From: a candidate division FCPU426 bacterium
GTDB taxonomy: Bacteria > Oederibacteriota > Muellerivitia > Muellerivitales > Muellerivitaceae
Reading direction: 5' to 3'
NCBI GenBank assembly: GCA_963830915.1
Contig: CAWHOE010000057.1
Span: 1-64,000, forward strand
Length of the DNA stretch: 64,000 nt
Position 1 is the first letter of the stretch. Each line of letters begins with the position of its first letter. Shown one piece after another: positions 41,726 to 51,248 of this stretch. A program made the translations under genes and the position numbers. The notes under the pieces were generated by a model. That model had not been told where the DNA came from. It did no database searches and worked only from the letters and a program-made list of their open reading frames with translations.

Positions 41726-42265
41726 ATGAAAAAAGATTTTAATGTTGAAACTGTCGCAAAACGGATTTTGTTCATTCGCGGTTTAAAAGTAATGTTAGAT
41801 AGTGAATTGGCTGAATTATTTGGCGTAAAAACGAAAGAGTTAAATAAAGCTGTTCAAAGAAATAAAGATCGGTTCCCACCGGATTTTATGATCCGCTTAA
41901 CCCCAGAAGAGATCCAAAACTTGAGGTTCCAATTTGGAACCTCAAGTTTACATGGCGGCCGACGATACTTGCCGTATGCTTTCACCCAAGAAGGGACTGC
42001 TATGCTTTCTGGGATTCTTCGAAGTCCGGTGGCTGTAAGGGCTAATATCGCGATCATGAGAGCTTTTGTTAAGGTGCGCGAGATATTGGAATCCCATAAA
42101 GATTTGTCCCGGCGGTTGGAGGAATTAGAAAGAAAGTTCAATGGCCATGATTACCAATTAAAAGCCGTCTTTGACGCGATCAGGGAATTGATGAAGGAAC
42201 CGCAAAAACCCAAACGACGGATAGGCTTTCTTGAGGAATCCAAGGCGGTTTATCGGGTTCGATAA
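41726..42265 (+). CDS. ORF6N-domain (KilA-N-like) DNA-binding protein
   Basis: IRGLKVMLDSELAELFGV, AVQRN.DRFP.DFM, GGRRYLPYAFTQEG.AMLS.IL.S, IMRAFV, RRIGF. Confidence 0.92.
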   Translation: MKKDFNVETVAKRILFIRGLKVMLDSELAELFGVKTKELNKAVQRNKDRFPPDFMIRLTPEEIQNLRFQFGTSSLHGGRRYLPYAFTQEGTAMLSGILRSPVAVRANIAIMRAFVKVREILESHKDLSRRLEELERKFNGHDYQLKAVFDAIRELMKEPQKPKRRIGFLEESKAVYRVR

Positions 42266-42416
42266 GGGATCTTGGCCGAATTTATACCAAAACAGAGTGA
42301 AATAAAGATATACAACCTGCCTGTCGACCTGTCCTCCGTAGCTTTAGCGCAGGAGGAAACTTGAGCGTTAGTAAAGGTTAAGCGTAGGCAGACCATGTAC
42401 GTCCCTTTTGTTTATA

Positions 42417-43639
42417 TGCGGTATTCAGTAATTGCGTTTACAGCTGATCCCTCGGTCGAGATGTTGAATTAGGCGACGGTCACCTCCTCTGCAGGCTGCG
42501 GAACATACTTTCCACAAAGTTCTTTACCCGCTTCAAAGGTCTCCATCGGCGTTTTCCCTTGGCAGTTCTTGCCTTGGTTCGTCCGTTGGGTATTGTACCA
42601 GACCATGAATTCGTCAAGATCCACCTGAATTTCCTCAAGGCTGGCGTACAGTTTTTTACGGAAAGATACCGAGTAAAACTCCTCCTGAATGATCTGGTTC
42701 AATCGCTCCACGCACCCGTTGGTTTGTGGATGCCGTACCTTCGTAGTGGAGTGCTCGATCCCATTTAAATGCAGGAAAAGTTGATAGGGATGGTTATCCG
42801 CCAGCCCGTTATATTCTGTCCCGCGATCCGTTAGTACCCTCAAAACACCCACCCAATGTTCATCGAAGAAGGGCAACACCTTGTCGTTCATGAAGTCGGC
42901 CGCCACTAAAGCCGTCTTCTCAGCGTAAACCTTGGCAAACCCAATGTTGGAATAAGTATCGATACCGGTCTGCTGGTAAATACGTCCGACGCCTTTTATG
43001 GTTCCGATGTAACAGGTGTCTTGGGATACCAAGAACCCTGGGTGAAAAGTCTCGATTTCGCCATGGGCTTCCTGGGCCTCTTTGACCTTCTCCAGAGCTA
43101 CGACCTGGGATTCGGTCAAAATGGCTGTATTCTCCGCCGCCCACTTCTCTAACCGCTTCAGGCGTTTGGCCTTTACTTCCAGGTCATGGCGTAACCAGAC
43201 AGTCCTCACCCCACCGGCTGAAATAATATGACCTGCTTTTTTCAGCTCATTGGAGACCCGAACAGGCCCTTGGACTGGGTATTGGAGGGAATATTCCAAT
43301 ACAGCCTCTTCGATTTCAGGGGCCACTCGATTACGTATACGAGCCACTTTTCGAGACTTTTCCAAAAGCCCCTGAACCCCTTCTTCCTCAACGGCTTTTC
43401 GGATGTCGTAGTAATGTTGCCGGGAAATCCCAAGTTTTCTGCAGGCTTCGCTGATGTTTCCCAGTTGGTTTCCCAAATCTAGGATGTTCAGCTTTCTCTT
43501 GATAAGATACTGGTCACGAGTCATGGTGTTCTCCTTTGGTTATGATGAATTTCCTCGCAGAAACCATCTTAACCGAGAGACCATGGCTCGTCTTGTTTAG
43601 GCGGGCCTCATACTGTCAACGCTTTTACTGAATAGGGCA
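42417..43639 (-). mobile_element. IS481-family insertion sequence, copy 1 (1223 bp)
   Basis: 27-bp imperfect IRs TGCGGTATTCAGTAATTGCGTTTACAG / TGCCCTATTCAGTAAAAGCGTTGACAG; 7-bp TSD GTTTATA. Confidence 0.93.
42469..43524 (-). CDS. IS481-family DDE transposase
   Basis: HTH (NISEACRKLGISRQHYY); SQDT, LTDRGTEY, PQTNG.VER. Confidence 0.95.
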   Translation of the reverse strand: MTRDQYLIKRKLNILDLGNQLGNISEACRKLGISRQHYYDIRKAVEEEGVQGLLEKSRKVARIRNRVAPEIEEAVLEYSLQYPVQGPVRVSNELKKAGHIISAGGVRTVWLRHDLEVKAKRLKRLEKWAAENTAILTESQVVALEKVKEAQEAHGEIETFHPGFLVSQDTCYIGTIKGVGRIYQQTGIDTYSNIGFAKVYAEKTALVAADFMNDKVLPFFDEHWVGVLRVLTDRGTEYNGLADNHPYQLFLHLNGIEHSTTKVRHPQTNGCVERLNQIIQEEFYSVSFRKKLYASLEEIQVDLDEFMVWYNTQRTNQGKNCQGKTPMETFEAGKELCGKYVPQPAEEVTVA

Positions 43640-43693
43640 GTTTATAATGCTAAGTAAGTTGCTTATCGAAGTATGGATAAATCGAGGTGAGTA

Positions 43694-44374
43694 ATGAAAA
43701 GATATATAGCGATATTGGTTTTTACACTTCTTTTCAATCCAACGATTTTAAGAGCGGACACAACAAATAATTCTAATAATCCAGTAGGAGTTGGGGCAGC
43801 TTCTTTTCTAAATTCACTGTCTAATCAACTGCAAAATAAGCAGGATAGCCGAGACAACAAAACCGAAAACACTACTAATCAAAATCAAGGTGTAGATTCT
43901 CCAAGCTCAACATCAAATAACCCTCAAAATTCACAGACAACACTTACTTCTACTAACTCGTCAGATGTTCTGGCGGGGGCACCAAATATTCCAGATGAGA
44001 CAAAACCTGTTATTAAAAAACATGGTCATTCAAATAAAACATTTAAAATATATTTATCGGTAAGTGGAGATGAAGTTTACAAAGATATTTTTACATCTAG
44101 TTTGAGATTAGGTTTACGTCAATATGATGATGTGGTTTTTGTTAACAGCCCAGAAAAAGCATTTCTCATAGTAACAATTTCAGTATTGGCGGATAAAACT
44201 GTTGGTGGAGTATTAAGAGGATTTGATGTTGCTATGGCTGTTAACACTTTGTGTCAAAATCCAGATTTATATCAGCTCTCTGGCCCGGATAATTTAGAGG
44301 AAATAGCAAAAAGAACTGTTGCAGATATAAATGAAAATGTTTTAGAACCTTTGAGAGAAGCGGTCGTTAAGTGA
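43694..44374 (+). CDS. Secreted hypothetical protein
   Basis: GAGGTG RBS, signal peptide, N/S/T-rich linker; AT-rich. Confidence 0.7.
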   Translation: MKRYIAILVFTLLFNPTILRADTTNNSNNPVGVGAASFLNSLSNQLQNKQDSRDNKTENTTNQNQGVDSPSSTSNNPQNSQTTLTSTNSSDVLAGAPNIPDETKPVIKKHGHSNKTFKIYLSVSGDEVYKDIFTSSLRLGLRQYDDVVFVNSPEKAFLIVTISVLADKTVGGVLRGFDVAMAVNTLCQNPDLYQLSGPDNLEEIAKRTVADINENVLEPLREAVVK

Positions 44375-44545
44375 TATGTCGTAATTGGTACGATAAAGGG
44401 ACTAAACTTAATAAAAGCCAAAACAGGAAGGTTTAATGGACGAACAATTATGAATATCCCGTCGGTTTATAATGTGATCCAACAATTAATTGTTATGGTT
44501 GATAAAATTAAAAGGAAATCTAAACAACTGTATGAAAAACATTAA

Positions 44546-46017
44546 ATGATGGATACCTTCATACTTTGGTTAGTAACTAACATTGAAGATAGAAATGTTA
44601 TTGTGCCTTTTTTGATGGGTTTGGTTTTAGTTATTTTCAATAAAAGGGTTTCCGAATCTACATATAATTTTTATTCCTTATTTGGAGCTGAAAAATTCAT
44701 TTGCGGTATTCAGTAATTGCGTTTACAGCTGATCCCTCGGTCGAGATGTTGAATTAGGCGACGGTCACCTCCTCTGCAGGCTGCGGAACATACTTTCCAC
44801 AAAGTTCTTTACCCGCTTCAAAGGTCTCCATCGGCGTTTTCCCTTGGCAGTTCTTGCCTTGGTTCGTCCGTTGGGTATTGTACCAGACCATGAATTCGTC
44901 AAGATCCACCTGAATTTCCTCAAGGCTGGCGTACAGTTTTTTACGGAAAGATACCGAGTAAAACTCCTCCTGAATGATCTGGTTCAATCGCTCCACGCAC
45001 CCGTTGGTTTGTGGATGCCGTACCTTCGTAGTGGAGTGCTCGATCCCATTTAAATGCAGGAAAAGTTGATAGGGATGGTTATCCGCCAGCCCGTTATATT
45101 CTGTCCCGCGATCCGTTAGTACCCTCAAAACACCCACCCAATGTTCATCGAAGAAGGGCAACACCTTGTCGTTCATGAAGTCGGCCGCCACTAAAGCCGT
45201 TTCTCAGCGTAAACCTTGGCAAACCCAATGTTGGAATAAGTATCGATACCGGTCTGCTGGTAAATACGTCCGACGCCTTTTATGGTTCCGATGTAACAGG
45301 TGTCTTGGGATACCAAGAACCCTGGGTGAAAAGTCTCGATTTCGCCATGGGCTTCCTGGGCCTCTTTGACCTTCTCCAGAGCTACGACCTGGGATTCGGT
45401 CAAAATGGCTGTATTCTCCGCCGCCCACTTCTCTAACCGCTTCAGGCGTTTGGCCTTTACTTCCAGGTCATGGCGTAACCAGACAGTCCTCACCCCACCG
45501 GCTGAAATAATATGACCTGCTTTTTTCAGCTCATTGGAGACCCGAACAGGCCCTTGGACTGGGTATTGGAGGGAATATTCCAATACAGCCTCTTCGATTT
45601 CAGGGGCCACTCGATTACGTATACGAGCCACTTTTCGAGACTTTTCCAAAAGCCCCTGAACCCCTTCTTCCTCAACGGCTTTTCGGATGTCGTAGTAATG
45701 TTGCCGGGAAATCCCAAGTTTTCTGCAGGCTTCGCTGATGTTTCCCAGTTGGTTTCCCAAATCTAGGATGTTCAGCTTTCTCTTGATAAGATACTGGTCA
45801 CGAGTCATGGTGTTCTCCTTTGGTTATGATGAATTTCCTCGCAGAAACCATCTTAACCGAGAGACCATGGCTCGTCTTGTTTAGGCGGGCCTCATACTGT
45901 CAACGCTTTTACTGAATAGGGCAATTCATTAATGTACCCCTCTATCGAATGATGTCTGTTTTATTTGGAACTATTATTTTATGTTTATCGATTTCGAGAA
46001 TGTTCTCGCGATTTTGA
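44546..46017 (+). pseudogene. 80-aa membrane protein interrupted by IS481 copy 2
   Basis: Removing the IS and one TSD restores MMDTFILWLV..GAEKFI|NVPLYRMMSVLFGTIILCLSISRMFSRF*. Confidence 0.7.
44702..45923 (-). mobile_element. IS481-family insertion sequence, copy 2 (1222 bp, transposase frameshifted near 45200)
   Basis: Near-identical to copy 1; 7-bp TSD ATTCATT; GCCGTCTTCTC reads GCCGTTTCTC. Confidence 0.93.
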
Positions 46018-46064
46018 TCCGCTTTTTTCCACACAAAATCAAATAATTGGGTTTAAACCTCTCA

Positions 46065-46093
46065 TTGATTAAATCCTCCCCTCAAAATATAAT
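46065..46093 (+). promoter_or_regulatory. Sigma70-type promoter of recN (likely leaderless)
   Basis: TTGATT-N17-TATAAT, ATG 7 nt downstream, no SD. Confidence 0.65.
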
Positions 46094-46100
46094 ACTTCCC

Positions 46101-47819
46101 ATGCTCCGCCAGTTATCCATCAAAAACTTCGCCATCGTCGAATCCGTGACCCTGGAATTTGCCCAGGGTTTCAACGTCCTCACGGGCGAGACAGGCGCCG
46201 GTAAATCCCTCATCGTAGATGCCCTATATTTCCTCCTGGGTGACCGTATTTCGGCAGATATGCTCCGGGCGGGCGAGGATAGGGCGGTGGTAGAAGCCCT
46301 CTTTCAACTGCTTCCTATGAGCTCGGCGGGCCTCAAACTGGCAGAATGGGGTATCGCCTGCGACAACGGGGAAATGCTGATCAAAAGGGAATTCAGCCGG
46401 TCCTCCTCCAAGACCCGCAGTTTCGTCAATGGCGAGATGGCGACCGCTTCCATGATCTCTGAACTTGGCGACATGCTCATCGACATCCACGGCCAGCACG
46501 AACATCAAGCCATTTTCAACATTACCAAGCATCGACAACTCATTGATGCCTATGGACATCTGGATACTTACTTAAAGCCCGTTTCCGAGGCCTACAAGAC
46601 CCTATCAGGCCTCTTGGATGAGCAATCCAGGTTGGGTGGCGATTCTCGCGAGATAGCCCGCCGGACCGACCTTTTGAAGTTCCAGGCCGATGAGATAGCC
46701 GCCGCCCGTCTAACCGAGCTGAACGAGGAAGAATTGCTCAAGAAGTACCAAATGATGAAGCAAGCCGAGAAAATCACCAAGCTCCTCACCGAGGCCCAGC
46801 AGGCCTTGGATGAGGATGGCGATGGCGGGGCCACCGGCTTGTTTGGTCATGTCATTGGCCGATTACAGGACGCATCCAGGCTCGATCAAGAACTGGAAAA
46901 TATGATAGATACGGGCAAGGCCCTCCAGGAAAGCTTGAACCAGCTATCATTCGACCTGGCCCGCAAGATCGAGAGCTATTCCTTTACCGAAGCCGAGTTC
47001 GAGGACCTTTCTGACAAGATAGACGGCCTCAACACACTCAAAAAGAAGTATGGCGAATCGGTAGCCGAGATCATCAAGTACCACGACAACATCACCGAAG
47101 AACTGAAGGTACTTTTGGGCCGGGAAGGCCGGTTGGAGACCTTAGGTAAAGAGATAGAGAAGGCGGCTGATGAATACCAATCCGCGGCAAAACAACTGAC
47201 CCAACAGAGGGTCAAGGTGGGCACCGATCTGGCTAAAAAAGTACAAGAGGCCCTTAAAGAATTAGGTTTACCGCACGCCAAGATGTCCGTACAGGTCAAC
47301 CCAATTGAGGATGCCTCCAGCCCCGCCAAAGACAAGGGCAAGTCTCTCTCCTTATCCGCTACTGGTTGGGACCGGGTCGAGTTTCTTTTTTCCGCCAACC
47401 CCGGTGAACCCCTTCGACCCTTAGCAAAAGTCGCTTCGGGCGGTGAAGCATCACGGGTCATGCTGGCCTTGAAAACCATTTTGGCTGGTAGCGACGACGT
47501 ACCGACCTTGATTTTCGATGAGATCGACACTGGCGTTGGAGCCAGGACCGCTTCTGCGGTCGCGGAACTGTTAGAACGGTTGGCTACTTCCAAACAGATA
47601 CTATGTATCTCTCATCTTGCGCCCATCGCTGTTTTGGGCGAATGTCATTACCAAGTGACCAAAACCTTTAAAGAAGGCAAAACTAGTATCAATGTTCAGC
47701 GTTTAACGGAGCAAAACCGCATCGAGGAATTGGCGAAAATGCTGGGAGGGGAACCGGTTTCCGAAACTTCCCGTTCCCACGCCAAAGAATTATTTACAAA
47801 AATTAGGCTGGCAAGGTAA
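46101..47819 (+). CDS. recN: DNA repair protein RecN
   Basis: MLRQLSIKNFAIV, LTGETGAGKS, IHGQHEHQ, ASGGEASR, IFDEIDTGV. Confidence 0.97.
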   Translation: MLRQLSIKNFAIVESVTLEFAQGFNVLTGETGAGKSLIVDALYFLLGDRISADMLRAGEDRAVVEALFQLLPMSSAGLKLAEWGIACDNGEMLIKREFSRSSSKTRSFVNGEMATASMISELGDMLIDIHGQHEHQAIFNITKHRQLIDAYGHLDTYLKPVSEAYKTLSGLLDEQSRLGGDSREIARRTDLLKFQADEIAAARLTELNEEELLKKYQMMKQAEKITKLLTEAQQALDEDGDGGATGLFGHVIGRLQDASRLDQELENMIDTGKALQESLNQLSFDLARKIESYSFTEAEFEDLSDKIDGLNTLKKKYGESVAEIIKYHDNITEELKVLLGREGRLETLGKEIEKAADEYQSAAKQLTQQRVKVGTDLAKKVQEALKELGLPHAKMSVQVNPIEDASSPAKDKGKSLSLSATGWDRVEFLFSANPGEPLRPLAKVASGGEASRVMLALKTILAGSDDVPTLIFDEIDTGVGARTASAVAELLERLATSKQILCISHLAPIAVLGECHYQVTKTFKEGKTSINVQRLTEQNRIEELAKMLGGEPVSETSRSHAKELFTKIRLAR

Positions 47820-47873
47820 GCTACGTTTCATTGTTGGCAAGAAAACAAGTCAAAAATCACCGGAGGATCATCT

Positions 47874-48722
47874 ATGAAGGTCTGGAATAAGGTTGTTTTG
47901 ATGGGTTTGGCTTTGACCCTAGCCCTGAGCCTGGGGGTAGCGAATGCTAAGGACGCGAAGAAAGGTAAGAAAAAGGCCTCAGAGAAGAAAATCGTAAAGA
48001 AAGATGAATCTAAGCCTAAAGTGGCTTATGTTTCCGGAACTAACCTCTCCAGCCGGGCAGGGTTATTCTTCGGGGATACTTCCGAAGTTGCCAAGGTTGG
48101 GAAATGGGAAGGTTCTGCGGATATTACTTATTACTCTCCGACAGCAAATTGGAGTAACGTAGCTATTCCTTTTGGTTTCCATTTTGGCGCAGCTGAAAAT
48201 GTTGATGTATCTGTCGGAGCACAATTATGGTCGCTCAGCAGTCCAACATATGTAGTGGATGTTCCATATATTGGAAATGTAACTCGTGGCGGCTCTTCTA
48301 CCCTCTTCGATCTCATGGGTGGCGCCAAATATCGCATCGCTGGCAACAGGGAAACTCCTGATTTCAGCGTAGGCGGTTATTTATCTATACCGACAAACGG
48401 AGGAAATGTTGTTTTTACACCCGAAGGGACAGTAACTTATATCTTAACAAGTGGTTTGCTTTTAAATGGCGACATGGGAATTCACATTTCAAATGGTACA
48501 TTTGTTTCGTGTGATGCCGGTGTTGGTTACCCATTCAGCGATAAATTGACTGGAATTGCAGAAATTGGGGCTAATCAATATTCATATCAGGTAGGTGGAT
48601 CTTTTCTCGGCGCTGGGATAAGGGCAAAATTAGATACGGTTAAACTTCAAGCTTTATTAGGTGTCCCTCTTAATGGTGGCGGTGTTCTCATCGGTGGAGG
48701 AATCATCCTCGCTTCGATGTAA
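47874..48722 (+). CDS. Exported, probable outer-membrane barrel protein
   Basis: GGAGG RBS, signal peptide, Lys-rich linker, amphipathic strands. Confidence 0.6.
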   Translation: MKVWNKVVLMGLALTLALSLGVANAKDAKKGKKKASEKKIVKKDESKPKVAYVSGTNLSSRAGLFFGDTSEVAKVGKWEGSADITYYSPTANWSNVAIPFGFHFGAAENVDVSVGAQLWSLSSPTYVVDVPYIGNVTRGGSSTLFDLMGGAKYRIAGNRETPDFSVGGYLSIPTNGGNVVFTPEGTVTYILTSGLLLNGDMGIHISNGTFVSCDAGVGYPFSDKLTGIAEIGANQYSYQVGGSFLGAGIRAKLDTVKLQALLGVPLNGGGVLIGGGIILASM

Positions 48723-48740
48723 TTCAGTTAAACATTCTAA

Positions 48741-48777
48741 AAAAGCTGGTTCCTTGCGAAAGGGGCCAGCTTTTTTT
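48741..48777 (+). terminator. Rho-independent terminator
   Basis: AAAAGCTGGTTCCTT..AAGGGGCCAGCTTTTTTT. Confidence 0.75.
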
Positions 48778-48975
48778 ATTTAACTTTAAATTTATTTAAA
48801 ACGATTAAGCCACAGAAACTACCAGCTCAAACCACGCAATTTTATAAAAAAAATAAAATCTCGAATCGTTTTCATGTCGAGTAAAAGCTTAAAGCTTTTT
48901 TCTCAAAAATATTTTTTGTTGCATTTACTAATTTTTTATTTATATTTCGAAAAAATATTTTAGTTAGGACCTCAT

Positions 48976-50016
48976 ATGAATACAAAATGTCTGCTCTTTG
49001 TTTTATTGTCTGTGGTTTTCAGTCAAGGATGCAACAAGTCAAGCCAACCATTTTCGGCCAATGCCATCCAACCGACTCAGGGGACAATAAAGATTAATGT
49101 TTGGGATAATTTAACGCCGGTCCCCAATATCACCGTGAAAGCATCCGACCCAACCGGGAATGATTTTTCGGCGATCACCGATTCCACTGGAGTCGCGGTT
49201 TTGAATCCGACGCCGTTTAAAAATGGAAATTGGTTCTTGCAGGTGCCTAAACAAGGCAAGTACTACAATAGCTCGATGTTTTACAATTTCACAGGCGTCA
49301 GTCCGTCTACCTCCGTAACATTTCAAGCTCTCAATCCAATATTGACTTTAAAAAACATCAATAACACCTACCCATACGGAAGTGGTTCGGTTACATACAG
49401 TGTTGGTTATCAACCGGGAGGCAATCTTAATGTTGCGGTAACCACCCAAGTAACCAATATGCCAACGACTGCCTGGACCACACAATTTTTCCCGCCGCTG
49501 TTAGGCGACCCGAGTGGGAACACAACTTCACAACTGATCATCACTGTACCAAACTGTTCTTATCAACAGCCATCATTTCAAGTTAAGGCATCTGATAATG
49601 GATGGATTTCAAATTCATCTTCTGTCACTACTTCCATTAATAGGTCATATGAAATTAATGCAAGGTTGGATGTAACTAATAAAGAAGAAATTCCACCACC
49701 GTACGGCGGTTATTTATACACGACATTTTGGACTGTAATTTTTACAACACAAAATGACTGTAGTACTCCGTGGGACATTACGATTTGGCCTAACAATGCA
49801 ACTGTTAATGTTTGGCAATTAAGTGGTACTTCTTTTAACTCTGGTCAGATATCTGGATACACGAGTTATACGTGTCATGGATTAAAATCAGGTGCATCTT
49901 TCACATTAATGTATGAATGGCCATCTGGTGGCGGTGCAGTCTTTAATTCCTCCGTAAGTTCTCCCATCGGCTCCGGAAGTAATTCTGGAACTGTCAACGC
50001 CAGTTGGAATTTTTGA
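48976..50016 (+). CDS. Lipoprotein with Ig-like domains
   Basis: SQGC lipobox-like motif; PVPNITVK..AITDSTGVA. Confidence 0.7.
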   Translation: MNTKCLLFVLLSVVFSQGCNKSSQPFSANAIQPTQGTIKINVWDNLTPVPNITVKASDPTGNDFSAITDSTGVAVLNPTPFKNGNWFLQVPKQGKYYNSSMFYNFTGVSPSTSVTFQALNPILTLKNINNTYPYGSGSVTYSVGYQPGGNLNVAVTTQVTNMPTTAWTTQFFPPLLGDPSGNTTSQLIITVPNCSYQQPSFQVKASDNGWISNSSSVTTSINRSYEINARLDVTNKEEIPPPYGGYLYTTFWTVIFTTQNDCSTPWDITIWPNNATVNVWQLSGTSFNSGQISGYTSYTCHGLKSGASFTLMYEWPSGGGAVFNSSVSSPIGSGSNSGTVNASWNF

Positions 50017-50018
50017 CC

Positions 50019-51248
50019 ATGAAAATATCCAACACTCTCAGCCTTCTATTGATACTCTCGGCAATATCCTCTCTCTCTTGCCAATCCAAAACCGCCAATC
50101 CCACCGCCCCCGCTGGCGACTTCACATCCTTACCTCTCTTCCTAAACCAATGGTGCGGCAATGGGGCCAGCAATGGCCAATTCAGCCAATTGGAAGGGAT
50201 CACTTCAGATTCAGTGGGGAATATTTACGCTTGCGATGCTGGTAACAGCCGCATCGAAAAGTTCGACCCGACCGGTAAATTATTGTCGCAATGGGGAAGC
50301 CCCGGCTCCATCGTTGGGGCGTTCAATAACCCAACCGGGATCGCCGTAACTGGTAACGATGTTTATATCACCGATAGCGGGAATAACCGCGTCCAAGAAT
50401 TCGACACATCCGGGAACTATATCACCGGGTGGGGAAGTACAGGCGCCGGCGTCAGCATGTTCAACAACCCTCAGGGAATCGCCGTTGACCAATACAGCGA
50501 TGTTTATGTGGTGGACCAGGGTAATGACCGTATACAAAAATTCTTCGCCGGCGGGGCCGCGCCCCTGACTTGGGGTAGTGCCGGAAGCGGTCCGGCCAGT
50601 TTCAATTCTCCCACCGGTATCGCGCTGGATAACTCGGGTAATGTCTATGTCACGGATACCTTGAACAACCGTGTTCAACGCTTCACGCCCACCGGTACCT
50701 ATCAAAACACCTGGGGCGCTTACGGTACCAATCCGGCGCAGTTTCGATCCCCAGAGGGGATCACTTTCGACGCCAGCGGCAACATTTACGTGGCCGATTC
50801 CGCCAATGGACGTATCCAAAAATTCGATGCCAGCTTCAATTACCTGTCCCAATGGGGAGGCCTGGGTAGCAACATCGGCCAATTCCAGGTACCTTTCTCG
50901 ATCGCCATCACTTCTTCCCCCACTTATTTCTATATCGCGGATATAGGCACCAATTGCGTCAAGAGGTTCGGCCCGCCAGCGGAATACTCGATATTCCCCA
51001 ATCCCGTGATGCCCGGTGAGAACCTTACGATCTCGTTCAATTCCGCCTATTACATCGGCTATTTGATCCAAATAACCGACATGAACGGAACGGTTGTTTT
51101 TAACGATCTGGGGCAGGCGGTCGCGGGGAATAACGCGGTGCAGTGGAACGTCATGTCAGGCGGAGCAAGGGTACAAACAGGTGTTTACCTGCTCAACTTC
51201 ACTTTGGGCCATACGCAAGTGAGTGAAAAGATATCGGTCGTTAATTGA
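50019..51248 (+). CDS. NHL-repeat lipoprotein with CTD-like C-terminus
   Basis: SLSC lipobox; WGS.G.G.G.FN.P.GIA.D repeats; IFPNPV..ITDMNG..GVYLL..KISVVN. Confidence 0.85.
   Translation: MKISNTLSLLLILSAISSLSCQSKTANPTAPAGDFTSLPLFLNQWCGNGASNGQFSQLEGITSDSVGNIYACDAGNSRIEKFDPTGKLLSQWGSPGSIVGAFNNPTGIAVTGNDVYITDSGNNRVQEFDTSGNYITGWGSTGAGVSMFNNPQGIAVDQYSDVYVVDQGNDRIQKFFAGGAAPLTWGSAGSGPASFNSPTGIALDNSGNVYVTDTLNNRVQRFTPTGTYQNTWGAYGTNPAQFRSPEGITFDASGNIYVADSANGRIQKFDASFNYLSQWGGLGSNIGQFQVPFSIAITSSPTYFYIADIGTNCVKRFGPPAEYSIFPNPVMPGENLTISFNSAYYIGYLIQITDMNGTVVFNDLGQAVAGNNAVQWNVMSGGARVQTGVYLLNFTLGHTQVSEKISVVN

Noticed and set aside
42417..45923. Composite transposon inserted as one unit
   Set aside because: Each IS has its own distinct TSD and the outer flanks do not match.
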